DNA of 64,000 nt from the NCBI GenBank assembly GCA_963713615.1, contig CAVQMM010000001.1:3328001-3392000 (forward strand). The letters run 5' to 3'. This document shows positions 17,187-27,249 of this stretch, piece by piece. Made by a program: the position numbers and the translations under genes. How positions within the stretch are numbered: the stretch's first letter is position 1; each line of letters opens with the position of its first letter. The stretch is from an uncultured Chlamydiae bacterium. GTDB lineage: Bacteria; Chlamydiota; Chlamydiia; Chlamydiales; JAJFMA01. Below the pieces are notes generated by a model, which was not told the origin of the DNA, searched no databases, and saw only the letters and a list, made by a program, of their open reading frames with translations.

Positions 17187-20100
17187 ATGCTACATAGACA
17201 TGTTTTTATCGTTGCACTGTTTTGCTTCTTTGCCGTTGCAATGCAGGGAGAGGAACCGACGAATATTCTCCCTCACGCAGAGGTGAGCGGGGACTCCTCA
17301 ACCCTCGTAGCAGGGTGTGTGAATGTCATTACCGGTAGCTATAGCGATGCTCAGCTGGATTTTGTCCTCGTCGGTCCTGAGGCACTCCCGTTTCAGCGCT
17401 TTTACTGCTCTGCTGACTGGAAAGGAGGAAGCTTCAGAGATGGCTGGAATCACAACTACGCCTACGAAGGCAAAATCGATCATGAGAACGGCAAGTACTG
17501 GTACGCTAGGATTCCTGAAAATTCCGGCGGATCGATGCTGTACTTCAGTCATAACAAAGTAAAAGTTTGGGGCGAAAAAAAAGAACACGTTAGGTATGAC
17601 GACTTCATCCAATTCGACACCAATAAAGTTAAATTCCTAAAGGGGTTGACCAACATAGGCCACGGAGCCATCGGCGCGCGCACAAACCTGCGAAATCAAA
17701 CCGCTGATTGGAGGCCTAATCAAGAACAGTTTGTCGTTCACCAACCTGATGGAACGACAAGGTTCTACAAGGTAAAGAAGAAAGAACATACCCCCAAAAT
17801 TACGCATGAAAAGCGTCCTAGTGGCAACCAAATTCATTATCAATACAACAACAACGAACTCTCTAAGGTCACCGCCCTTGACGCTACAGGCAAAGTCACC
17901 TTTGGCTCGCTCTCCTTTACCCACACAAATTGGAAGGAGAGCTTTCCGGTTTTAACAGTTACCGGCAGTGATGGGCAAAACGTTCGGTACACCTTCCATA
18001 AAAGCAAACGTAGAAAAGAAAAAGAGGGCGATTGGCGCTTTTACGTCTACCACGTCAATAGGTCCACAGGTCCTCCAGAAGAGTATAAATACAGCTCTCC
18101 TGATAAGCTGCATAACGAGCAGATCATACAAAAAAGTCGACCTGAGGGACGCATTCAACAGATTCAATACTACCAACCGGGAGATAATTATGTCGGTGAT
18201 ATTCTTGTAAAATGCTCGGACGATCCTGAAAAAGATACCAGACCCGGTAAAGTTAGCCTCCTGAAAGCTCCCATGGGCCATGACGCGACTCTTCATATTA
18301 CTCACCGCTTCTTGTACAACCACGGCCCCAGTCACAATAACTTTAAGGAATATACATCTGGTATTGTTGACGTCTTGGATGCTGTGAATCACAAGGTGCG
18401 CTATTGCTTCTCTGGCAAGGACCGTATCACAGCCATAGAGCGATATACCGGCCAAAACGTCCCTAAAAAGTATAGCACTGAAAAATTCTACTGGGGAAGC
18501 CATAGAGACCAGGAGTGTAATTTGACGACCAAGGCTTTGCTCGATGCCAATGGTGTTGCACGGTCCTGTCGCTACCTAGAATATGACCAACACCACAATG
18601 TCATTGCTGAACATATTGTGGGAAATCTCAGAGGTAAAAATCCTGCCGGTCCCGCCTTGGATGATCTGGGAATTCCCCATTATAATGGCGGTGATCGCTA
18701 CACGATACAACGCTCCTACTATCCTCCGCAGGCTTTTAACTTGCTGAAGTCGGAATTGCTACCCAATGGACGTCTGACTGAATATAGATATTGGGGAAGT
18801 ACACCCAAACTCCAAGCTAAGCTTGTCAGTCACAATGGCCATACGATCGCACGTCAATTTCATGAATATGACCAGTTTGGTTCTCCTCTTAAAACAATCG
18901 TAGATGATGGAGAGGCGGCTACAAGTAATGAACTTCTAGGCGTCACTGTAAGGCGTATTACCTACTTGACTCCTCGAGTTCAAACACCCTGCATGGGGCT
19001 TCCTGAAGTCATAGCCGAACATTATTACGATACCCATACACGCACTGAACACCACCTCAGTGAGGTGGCTAATATCTACTCTAGAGAGGGACGCCTCACA
19101 GACCAGCATCACTTAGATGCTGATGACCTCTTGCGTTATTCCCTGCATTGGGAATATGACCCCATGGGCAATGTGACCTTGGAACGCAATGCCATTGGAC
19201 AAATCACTCAGCGCTGGTTTGATCCAAACGGTAACAAAATCAAGGAACAAGGCCCTTGTGAGCTTTACCACACTGAATATGCCTACGACTATTCTAATCG
19301 ACTAGTCTCTGAAAAGAAGGTCTGTACGGATGGTCAATGCTATTCACAGAGCTATCGCTATGACCTCTTAGGTAATCGCATTGCTTCCATCGATATCTTT
19401 GGTAACGAGACCAACTATGAGTACGATGAATTTCATCGATTGGTACGGACCACTCTACCACCTACAGTCGATGCCAACGGCAATCTTGTACGGCTCAAAA
19501 CCCATAGGAACTATGATATTGCTGGCAACGTCATCGCTGAAACAGATGTGATGGGCAACGTCACGCGCAAGGAATTTAATATTCGCGGACAACCCACGTC
19601 CATTCAATATCCTGATGGGACTAGCGAGCACTTCGAATATTACCTGGACGGCTCTCTCAAATGCAAAACCGCTCAAAATGGTACATCGACGCACTTTCAC
19701 TATGATGTCCTTGGCAACGTTATTCGCAAGGAGACCTTTTCCTCTGCCCAAGAGTTGCTTAGTACCACTACAGCGACCTATCGCGGCGCCTTGCTACTTT
19801 CCGAAACAGATGCTAATGGCAACAGCACCCACCATGCCTACGATGCCGCAGGAAGGCCTATTAAGGTGACCACGGAGATAGGTTGGAGTCGTTTCGAATA
19901 CGACAGTCTGGGCCGCAAGTGCAAAACCATTCAATGGATAGGCCCGAGCGAAGACGATGTTCAGGTATCATATGTAGAATACGATCTCCTCAATAGAGTG
20001 GTCGAAGAACGCTTGGAGGACCGCGCTGGCACTGTCTTCGATCGTAGTCTCTATGAATATGATTCAGCCGGTCATCGTTGCGCTGTCACCACCTTCTCTG

Positions 20101-22706
20101 ACCTAGGCCCCTGCACCACACGGACCTTCTACGATGGCATGGGAAAGGTCTACAAGATCATCGATGCAGAAGGTAACGAAACCATTATCCACGATGACTA
20201 TAGTCACCTGAATGCCCATGGACAGAAAGTTCTGTGCACGACCACCATTGATCCCCTTGGAAATGCGACGATTGCCACTTCAGATACTCTAGGACGTATT
20301 GTAAGTATTGTTCGCAAAGACGTTATGGGCCAGGAAATAGCCTGTGCCACGCAGCAGTTTGACGGCAACGGTCGACTCATTAGACGCGTGGATACCATTA
20401 AGGGGGCGAATGCCCCTGATCGTAACCTCATTACCGAACGTCAATATGATTCCGTCGGGCACCTGGTAGGTCTTTATGAGGCCGTGGGGACCCCTAAAGC
20501 CCGTCGAACCCTATACACCTATAACAAGGCTGGGGAGAAAGAGTTCGAATTTCTTGCAGATGGCGTGACCTTGCATTACGAATATGACTCTCAAGGGCGT
20601 CTCGCCTGTTACAGTAGCTCAGACCAAACAGTGCATTATCGCTATACCTATGACGCCAACAACAATGTTCTGGCAGTGGTCGATGAAGTTCAAGGAACGA
20701 CAACTTTGCGCAGTTATGATTGCGCAAACCGACTGACTCAGGAGATTCTCGGGAATGGCTTAAAGGTTCGCTATCAGTATGACGGCATAGGGCGTATGAC
20801 GCGAATGGGACTGCCAGATGAAAGTGGAGTCACCTATACCTACAATGCTGCCCATCTCGAGGAGGTGAGCCGTATAGACCCCACTGCCCAAAAGCTCTAC
20901 AGCCATGCTTACCTAACCCATGATGCTTCGGGACATGTGACCGCGTCTCAGCTGATCAAAAATGCAGGAGACATCACCTATACCAGGGATAAGCTCTCTC
21001 GCTTGCACCAGATGAAATCGTTGCATTTTCAAGAAGACATTCCTCTTGATGGCTACGACGCTGTAGGCAATCTGTTGACCAAGCATAGGCGCGATATCTT
21101 TGGAGAAAACACGTGCAGATATGCCTATGATGATCTCTATCAGCTAGTGCGCGAAGAAGGCATGTCCAATCATGCCTACGCCTATGATTCGCTTAACAAT
21201 CGTCTTAGTAAGGACGACGCCCATTGTGAAATCGATGAAATCAATCAGCTGCTTAGACAAGGTGATGACACCTACACCTATGATGCGCGGGGGAATCGCA
21301 CAGCCCATAGCGCAATTCAGTACGCCTACGATGCCCTAGGCAGGCTCACAGAAGTAAGGAGAGAAGAAGGACGTTGGTCTTACCAGTATGATGCCTTCAA
21401 TCGACGCATCAGCAAAACTCGCTTCAGCTTGTCTGACGAAATATTAAGTGTTGAACGGTATCTTTATAGTGGACATTTGGAGCTTGGAGCATTCGAAGAA
21501 AATGGCATTCTTCTGCAATTTCGTATGCTTGGTAAGGGGCTAGGGGCAGAGATTGGAGCAGCTGTTGCGATCGAAATTGGAAATGAACTTTTTGCGCCGT
21601 TGCACGACCATCAGGGAAGTGTTGTTGCCCTTCTGGATCCAGCGAGCGGCAACCCTGTGGAGGTGTATCGCTATACTGCCTTCGGAGAAGAGAACTGCTT
21701 TGTGAAGGGGTCTACGGGAGACTGGACGCACACTCTATCGATTAATCCTTGGCGGTTTTCTAGCAAGAGATACGATCCTGAATCTGGATTGATCAACTTT
21801 GGACGTCGTTATTTTGATCCAAAGGTAGGGCGGTGGGCGACACCAGATCCCAAGGGTTATGACGAAGGCCCTAATCTTTATGCTTATCTATGCAATAGGC
21901 CCCTGACATTTTACGATTTGTATGGCCTTCAAGTTACATCCGAAGGGTACAATTTTCAATTTGCTGACACCTATGGAGGGGCATATACAATAGGAGTTTA
22001 TCATGGGCTTTTTCATCCCGTCGACACATGTAGCAAGTGGACCGATTGTGCCTGGGAGGTCGGCTCTGCAGCACATAATCGAGATTGCAGCCACATAGCT
22101 GGTCGCATGAATGAGCTAGGGTTTCGAGGTGTGGCTTTAGCGGGTTTTGAGACCGCCGGCGAAGTCTTTGGAGCCTATATTACGCTTCTTCCCGTTGTAG
22201 AGATAATGAAAGCCCTAGCTTCTACTGTAGCCTTTGAGTACTGTTATGCAGCATATCGATCCGCATCGTCCTTATTCCGCTCGGAAGCGATTGTGACCGG
22301 AGAAGAGCTCTTAGTCACTCAAAGCGAACGTGCCATCGGTGCCGCTCTTGAGGAGCTAGTTATTGAAGAGGCTGCTTTAGCCGGAGGTCAGGGCGACGTT
22401 CAGGTGGTGGAGCGCGTAATTAATGAGACATTACAAGGAAGAGGAATGCTCACTAGCCAGTATCAACTTTCGCCAACCGAAGCACTGGACGCTGCTGAGT
22501 TATTTTTGGGACCTGGATATCGTGAAATTGGGCAAAGTGGAAGTGGTGTTTTTAGAAGTGTTGATGGTTTTAAGCAATTTCGTATGGACACCAATTCAAT
22601 GTTGGGACAACATAAGCCATGGGTTCCCCATGTACATTTTGAGATATTTACCCCAACGAATCTAAGAAGGCCATACGTATCCAACCACGTTCCATTTACA
22701 AACTAA
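17187..22706 (+). CDS. Rhs/YD-repeat protein with N-terminal signal peptide and C-terminal toxin domain
   Basis: Many YD repeats; Rhs core PWRFSSKRYDPESGLINFGRRYFDP..GRW.TPDP; cleavage-like PLTFYDLYGL; His-rich C-terminus QFRMD...HKPWVPHVHF...NHVPF. Confidence 0.92.
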   Translation: MLHRHVFIVALFCFFAVAMQGEEPTNILPHAEVSGDSSTLVAGCVNVITGSYSDAQLDFVLVGPEALPFQRFYCSADWKGGSFRDGWNHNYAYEGKIDHENGKYWYARIPENSGGSMLYFSHNKVKVWGEKKEHVRYDDFIQFDTNKVKFLKGLTNIGHGAIGARTNLRNQTADWRPNQEQFVVHQPDGTTRFYKVKKKEHTPKITHEKRPSGNQIHYQYNNNELSKVTALDATGKVTFGSLSFTHTNWKESFPVLTVTGSDGQNVRYTFHKSKRRKEKEGDWRFYVYHVNRSTGPPEEYKYSSPDKLHNEQIIQKSRPEGRIQQIQYYQPGDNYVGDILVKCSDDPEKDTRPGKVSLLKAPMGHDATLHITHRFLYNHGPSHNNFKEYTSGIVDVLDAVNHKVRYCFSGKDRITAIERYTGQNVPKKYSTEKFYWGSHRDQECNLTTKALLDANGVARSCRYLEYDQHHNVIAEHIVGNLRGKNPAGPALDDLGIPHYNGGDRYTIQRSYYPPQAFNLLKSELLPNGRLTEYRYWGSTPKLQAKLVSHNGHTIARQFHEYDQFGSPLKTIVDDGEAATSNELLGVTVRRITYLTPRVQTPCMGLPEVIAEHYYDTHTRTEHHLSEVANIYSREGRLTDQHHLDADDLLRYSLHWEYDPMGNVTLERNAIGQITQRWFDPNGNKIKEQGPCELYHTEYAYDYSNRLVSEKKVCTDGQCYSQSYRYDLLGNRIASIDIFGNETNYEYDEFHRLVRTTLPPTVDANGNLVRLKTHRNYDIAGNVIAETDVMGNVTRKEFNIRGQPTSIQYPDGTSEHFEYYLDGSLKCKTAQNGTSTHFHYDVLGNVIRKETFSSAQELLSTTTATYRGALLLSETDANGNSTHHAYDAAGRPIKVTTEIGWSRFEYDSLGRKCKTIQWIGPSEDDVQVSYVEYDLLNRVVEERLEDRAGTVFDRSLYEYDSAGHRCAVTTFSDLGPCTTRTFYDGMGKVYKIIDAEGNETIIHDDYSHLNAHGQKVLCTTTIDPLGNATIATSDTLGRIVSIVRKDVMGQEIACATQQFDGNGRLIRRVDTIKGANAPDRNLITERQYDSVGHLVGLYEAVGTPKARRTLYTYNKAGEKEFEFLADGVTLHYEYDSQGRLACYSSSDQTVHYRYTYDANNNVLAVVDEVQGTTTLRSYDCANRLTQEILGNGLKVRYQYDGIGRMTRMGLPDESGVTYTYNAAHLEEVSRIDPTAQKLYSHAYLTHDASGHVTASQLIKNAGDITYTRDKLSRLHQMKSLHFQEDIPLDGYDAVGNLLTKHRRDIFGENTCRYAYDDLYQLVREEGMSNHAYAYDSLNNRLSKDDAHCEIDEINQLLRQGDDTYTYDARGNRTAHSAIQYAYDALGRLTEVRREEGRWSYQYDAFNRRISKTRFSLSDEILSVERYLYSGHLELGAFEENGILLQFRMLGKGLGAEIGAAVAIEIGNELFAPLHDHQGSVVALLDPASGNPVEVYRYTAFGEENCFVKGSTGDWTHTLSINPWRFSSKRYDPESGLINFGRRYFDPKVGRWATPDPKGYDEGPNLYAYLCNRPLTFYDLYGLQVTSEGYNFQFADTYGGAYTIGVYHGLFHPVDTCSKWTDCAWEVGSAAHNRDCSHIAGRMNELGFRGVALAGFETAGEVFGAYITLLPVVEIMKALASTVAFEYCYAAYRSASSLFRSEAIVTGEELLVTQSERAIGAALEELVIEEAALAGGQGDVQVVERVINETLQGRGMLTSQYQLSPTEALDAAELFLGPGYREIGQSGSGVFRSVDGFKQFRMDTNSMLGQHKPWVPHVHFEIFTPTNLRRPYVSNHVPFTN

Positions 22707-22711
22707 AAAGA

Positions 22712-22972
22712 ATGCATGAGATTGAAATAAACAGGCCTGGTTTGATAGTTGCAGGAGAACAAACGGGATGGAATGTGTTTATTCAAGACGATTCATTAAA
22801 TACAGGGGGATACTTAATTTTAGTAACTCCACCTGTTGAATCAAACAATTTGACGGGGTATGATAACTGGGTTGAAGACTTTTCCTCTCTACAAGGATAT
22901 TTTCAAGAAGCAAATTGGAAAATTCGTTGGTTAGATAAGCATGCATCCGGTCGAACCCCGAATCAGGTCTAG
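22712..22972 (+). CDS. Probable immunity protein for the Rhs toxin
   Basis: Small acidic, Trp-rich ORF 5 nt after the toxin stop, in lower-GC sequence. Confidence 0.7.
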   Translation: MHEIEINRPGLIVAGEQTGWNVFIQDDSLNTGGYLILVTPPVESNNLTGYDNWVEDFSSLQGYFQEANWKIRWLDKHASGRTPNQV

Positions 22973-22990
22973 ATGTTGATTTTTGAGGGG

Positions 22991-23097
22991 TGCCAGGGGT
23001 CAGTCGTGACTTATTTTGTTGCTTTCAGTCAAAGGGCCTGTCCGTAACGAAAAGTCAATAAGTCACGACTGACCCCTAGCACGACTGACCCCTAGCA
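22991..23097. repeat. REP-like inverted repeat with 16-bp tandem duplication
   Basis: TGCCAGGGGTCAGTCGTGACTTATT (22991-23015) versus AATAAGTCACGACTGACCCCTAGCA (23057-23081); CACGACTGACCCCTAG present twice. Confidence 0.75.
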
Positions 23098-23301
23098 TTG
23101 TGAGAAGGCGATTCTGGAGAGCTTAAGTGGTATGGCACTATCCAGTCTGGAAAGACGTAAGCGTCAATGCTAGCCATATTTCTATCATTGAGGTAATCGG
23201 CTAATGTGCCTTCCAAGTCAACAGTCAAAAGTGGGCGTGTATTAGGCCTATCTATCTTTCGAGACGCCTAAAAGCACTTTTTTTAAAAGTATGGAAGGCT
23301 T

Positions 23302-23616
23302 ATGAAAAAGAAATATACCTTAAAGCAACGCAAACAATTGTTACATGAATGGCGAGTTAGTGGTAAAAGTGCTCCAAAATGGTGCCAAGAGATGGGAATT
23401 TCCTATACAACCCTTGCTCATTGGCGACAAACACTGCCAGTCCGCAAACAAAAAAAATGCCAACGCAAATCTCCTTCCTTTGTAGAACTGGTCGAATCGC
23501 CAAAACCTGCGCAAAACTACATTGAGGTTGCCTGCGCTGACGTCGTTATTCGACTATTCCCGGACTTTGATGATCAGGTCTTTCTACGCTGCCTTCAAAC
23601 ATTAAAACGATTATAA
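23302..23616 (+). CDS. tnpA: IS66 TnpA-like HTH protein (extra copy, convergent with tnpC)
   Basis: WRVSGKSAPKWCQEMGISYTTLAHW...FVEL...IEV pattern of IS66 TnpA. Confidence 0.8.
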   Translation: MKKKYTLKQRKQLLHEWRVSGKSAPKWCQEMGISYTTLAHWRQTLPVRKQKKCQRKSPSFVELVESPKPAQNYIEVACADVVIRLFPDFDDQVFLRCLQTLKRL

Positions 23617-23648
23617 TGAATGCCCCTTGGCTGGCCCTGAATGTTTTT

Positions 23649-25229
23649 TTAGTGGGATACAGCCGATTTGAAATTCTCAAAAGAATTGCCAGAAGGGTCC
23701 TGCTGTGATTTAGCCCATTGATCTGGTAGTAGTTCGTAAAGTTTTTGTGAGCTGTGACTCATTAGTCTACGCATGACATCTTCAAGATAGTCTCGAGGGT
23801 TTATTCCCAGATTCCGGCAGGTTTGAACTAAAGACAGTATTACCGCTGCGGCTTCGCCCCCTTCTTCATTGCCAATAAATAGCCAATTCTTGCGGCCAAT
23901 TGCCAATGGACGAACTGCACGTTCGGCTACATTGTTATCTAGGCGTGCGTATGGATGGTTTAAGTAGTTTTTTAGATGAGGAATCAGACCTAAAAAATAC
24001 CCTAGAGCTTCTCGAAATTTGGATTTAGGCAGGACTTTTCCTTCGGATAGACGTTTTTTGATGGCGTTGATTAGCTCGTCTATAATCGGCCCCTCTTTCA
24101 GCTGCCGTATGCGTAATCGCTCTTCTTCAGAGCGTGCCCAAGCAATTCTTTCTAGCATAAAGAGGTAGCGAATCTTTCGTAAAACCCATTTGCGAAATGG
24201 GGGATCTCCAGTTTCCGCCTCTATGAATTTTCTGCGAATATGCGACCAGCAGGGACATAAAATGATTTTCTTCTTATTTGCCAGATCAATATAAGCCCCA
24301 TATTTATCTGAATGTACCACTCCGGTATACCCTGCAAGTATTTCCGAGGCATTTTCATGTTTGCGGTTCGTCCGAAAATTGTAGACTCTATAGGCTGGGT
24401 TCGTATGTTTGCCCCCAACCAACACCCACATGTAAGCTTGATGGACTTTGCCCTTTCCCGGAGAAAGCATATCCACAGGACTTTCATCGATAAACACATT
24501 TCCGCTTTGCAAAATTTGCTTTGTTAGTTCCTCATGAAGAGGTTTTAATGCCTGTCCACAGCGTACAACCCAATTACAAAGGACTTGCCTGCTGATCCCA
24601 ATTCCTTCCCTAGCAAGAATTTCTGAAATTCTATAGAGCGGTAGATGGTCGGCAAATTTCTTTGTTAAAATGTCTGCTAAAAAGCTCTCATCTGCTTGAC
24701 AACGCGTAAGCAAACCTTCTGGAAGGGGAGCAGTTCGGATTCCACCTTCACTGTCTTGAGGAAGAGCATATTTTGGCCGGATGATTTCTTTGATAAAATA
24801 GCTTCCTGGCTTATGAGCCAGTTTTTGACTGACTTCTTCACCGATCTTGATCAGTTGCTGACCAGTCTCAGGACAGATCTTTTCAGATTCCGGTAGATCG
24901 ATTATTTGACGTTCTACGGGTAGGTCTGGGGGCAGTGTGATTTTGTCTTTACCAGTACGCTTGAGTTGTCGGCGCTCATGAGCAGGAATGGTTGTTTTCT
25001 TTTCCGGTTTCACATTCTTAGGTGGTTCAAAACCGGGTAAGAAGGGTTGACTTTCGTTGACTGGGTCTACAAATTTTTCGGCACGTTGTCCAAAAACCTG
25101 CCTTTTTAGCCAATCCAATTGCTCCTTGAGATAAGTCAGCTCATTCTGTAGCTGCTCGATTATGCTGTCCTTACGAGCGCTTTCGGCAATCAGATCTTGG
25201 AGAGTACGTGTTGTAGGTGCCATATGCAC
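23649..25229 (-). CDS. tnpC: IS66 DDE transposase
   Basis: FGQRAEK, KKFADHLPLYR, IDESP, HSDKY, CWSHIRRKF and DNNVAERAVRP..GRKNWLF motifs. Confidence 0.95.
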   Translation of the reverse strand: MHMAPTTRTLQDLIAESARKDSIIEQLQNELTYLKEQLDWLKRQVFGQRAEKFVDPVNESQPFLPGFEPPKNVKPEKKTTIPAHERRQLKRTGKDKITLPPDLPVERQIIDLPESEKICPETGQQLIKIGEEVSQKLAHKPGSYFIKEIIRPKYALPQDSEGGIRTAPLPEGLLTRCQADESFLADILTKKFADHLPLYRISEILAREGIGISRQVLCNWVVRCGQALKPLHEELTKQILQSGNVFIDESPVDMLSPGKGKVHQAYMWVLVGGKHTNPAYRVYNFRTNRKHENASEILAGYTGVVHSDKYGAYIDLANKKKIILCPCWSHIRRKFIEAETGDPPFRKWVLRKIRYLFMLERIAWARSEEERLRIRQLKEGPIIDELINAIKKRLSEGKVLPKSKFREALGYFLGLIPHLKNYLNHPYARLDNNVAERAVRPLAIGRKNWLFIGNEEGGEAAAVILSLVQTCRNLGINPRDYLEDVMRRLMSHSSQKLYELLPDQWAKSQQDPSGNSFENFKSAVSH

Positions 25230-25277
25230 ATCATTATACTCAAAATATGAATTTATGTGAATGCAAAAAATGCATTT

Positions 25278-25613
25278 TCACACTATCTTGAAACGCTTTT
25301 GCAGTCGTTTCGGAACGACGCCTTCCAACATCATCAAAAAGGTCCTTCGATCAACTAAGGCCTCTTCCAATTTTCTCTTAGGGAAGCTTCCCCGCTCAAG
25401 ACGTTTATACCAGATGGCAAAACCATCACTATCCCAATAGAGTATTTTAATGCGATCTCTTCGACGGTTAAGAAAGGAAAAGAAGGCGCCACTAATCAGC
25501 TCATCACTGCCGAAAGCTCTCTCAACTAAGGCGCAGAGGCCTTCAAAACCCTTTCTTAAATCGGTTGTCTCACGAAAAATGAAGATTCGCGCATTCCCTG
25601 GATAAGTCAGCAT
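25278..25613 (-). CDS. tnpB: IS66 accessory protein TnpB
   Basis: TDLRKGFEGL, LNRRRDRIKILYWD, YKRLERGSF; TGATG overlap with tnpA. Confidence 0.93.
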   Translation of the reverse strand: MLTYPGNARIFIFRETTDLRKGFEGLCALVERAFGSDELISGAFFSFLNRRRDRIKILYWDSDGFAIWYKRLERGSFPKRKLEEALVDRRTFLMMLEGVVPKRLQKRFKIV

Positions 25614-25927
25614 CAAGACTCCTCAAACAGTCTAAGACACATCAGAAGAGCTGTGCGGTCATAATCTTTTGCCAGAGATAGTTTGCCTCCTCGAAAATTC
25701 ATCTGCAGCCAATCGGGTATAGACCAGCCCTCTGGTAACTCCTTACATGGTTTATGCACAGGCTGATTTTTCGACTGATTGCTTAAAAATCGTTTTTTCC
25801 AATAATTGAACGTGGCATAAGAAAGACTTTGCTCTCGACACCAAGAGGAGGCGCTCTTTCCGCTTTTAGTCCACTCCTGGATTGTTTTTGCCCACTGCTC
25901 CGCACGAACTTTATCTCTCTCTTTCAT
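25613..25927 (-). CDS. tnpA: IS66 accessory protein TnpA
   Basis: WTKSGKSASSWCREQSLSYATFNYW; start moved to MKERDK (GGAGG upstream). Confidence 0.85.
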   Translation of the reverse strand: MKERDKVRAEQWAKTIQEWTKSGKSASSWCREQSLSYATFNYWKKRFLSNQSKNQPVHKPCKELPEGWSIPDWLQMNFRGGKLSLAKDYDRTALLMCLRLFEES

Positions 25928-26032
25928 CAGACCTACCTCCAAAGTGTTACCTAACTTTGAAGGCACATTAGCTGATTACATCAACGACCGAAATATGGCT
26001 AGCATTGACGCTTACGGAAAGACAGGCTTTTC

Positions 26033-26332
26033 TCCCTTCCCAGGCCCGAAGGGTCGATATTGTAACAGGCCATGGCATCGCCATGGTATATGCCAGGAAG
26101 GGATTTCGCAGTCTGAAGGACTGCTACAAGACGCCAGTTTACAAACACCATTTATGCATGCGCTTTATGGCAGCCCTACAGGCTGCTAAAACCGTTTTGG
26201 CATATACCATGGCGATGCCATGGCCTGTTGCAATATCGACCCTTCGGGCCTGGGAAGGGAATGACTCTCTCTTCACCGGCATCCGATTTTCAGGAAATTG
26301 ACTTCGGAAAATCGGACTTCTGCAATTACCTC
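26033..26332. repeat. Family D inverted pair (63-bp arms at 26033-26095 and 26198-26260) plus family K terminus
   Basis: 62/63 identical inverted arms TCCCTTCCCAGGCCCGAAGGGTCGATATTG..GGCATCGCCATGGTATATGCCA; region ends TTCTGCAATTACCTC, as at 40.2 and 63.6 kb. Confidence 0.88.
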
Positions 26333-26479
26333 AGAGGGTCTTCCGATTGTATCCAAATCATGACCTCTCTGGATGTTGAAAAACGCATTTTCTACAGTCT
26401 ATGCCCTCAATGGGTTGTCCCTGCAGAAGGTAAGAAGGAAAACAATACTGGCCAAGATCCGGCTTCATTTCCAAGGGTG

Positions 26480-26950
26480 TTAAGCCTGCCCTTTGGCGTT
26501 TTGGGCCTCATGTAAGACAACAATCTTGGTGTTCTGTTTTGCCTCACGTTCGGCTTCTTCTTCTGCATTGAGTGTGCGTAACCAGAAGCAATTAACCCAG
26601 AAATAGAATTCGGTGGCTAGGGTCAAACAATATAAAGCTAAAGCGAGAAGCATTGCCTCAAGCTCCAATTCTATGAACTCGATGTGAGTCATTCGCATCA
26701 GCATAGTCGCGGGCATCACAATTAATAGAAAAGTGAGCAGACGCGTACCAGCTTTTTCATATGCAAAATAATAGATAAATGAGAATCTAATGCTATAGGC
26801 TATAAAATACAGAAGAGCGGCATCGAGGTTAAAGTATAATTCATCGTATTGTCGTTCAAAAATAAGCCCTAGAACCTCTATGCATTGAATGATACAGAAT
26901 AGACCGAAGGCTATAAGCCATCCTCTTCTCACTGTAGCTGCATCTGTCAT
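26480..26950 (-). CDS. Hypothetical membrane protein (about 4 TM)
   Basis: Hydrophobic helices; YFAYEKAGTRLL motif; G-rich RBS. Confidence 0.7.
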   Translation of the reverse strand: MTDAATVRRGWLIAFGLFCIIQCIEVLGLIFERQYDELYFNLDAALLYFIAYSIRFSFIYYFAYEKAGTRLLTFLLIVMPATMLMRMTHIEFIELELEAMLLALALYCLTLATEFYFWVNCFWLRTLNAEEEAEREAKQNTKIVVLHEAQNAKGQA

Positions 26951-27249
26951 TTACCCCCCCCCTGTTATTTTCTAGCACACTATACTTTCTAACACAATGT
27001 ACTGCTAGGTGTACTGAAGAGCCACTGCTTTAAAAACACTGTCAAGTTTACAAAAAATTTTTAACATAGAAACTCTTTTAAGTCCAGTCCCCTGGCCTTT
27101 TTTGGACCTTTTTTGGTTATTGGGAAGAATTCGGGGCGTTTTGGAGATAATTGGACATTCTCTCGCAGGCTCTGGCGCGGTCCAAATTCCAAATTTATGA
27201 CCGAGTGTGGTATATAAGTGGTTCCATGAACCCAGTGGAAGGATGAACA

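Larger units (their letters stand above)
23157..26015 (-). mobile_element. IS66-family element 1 (2859 bp) with a tnpA-like gene at each end
   Basis: Perfect 25-bp TIR GTAAGCGTCAATGCTAGCCATATTT; 8-bp TSD GGAAAGAC (23149-23156 and 26016-26023); tnpA-tnpB-tnpC on the minus strand. Confidence 0.95.

Noticed and set aside
25278..25613. TnpB as an RNA-guided IS200/IS605 nuclease
   Set aside because: It is the ~110-aa IS66 accessory protein, with no RuvC motifs
26954..26962. G9 tract (minus strand) as a phase-variation switch
   Set aside because: It sits at the RBS position outside the reading frame, and there is no evidence of length variation
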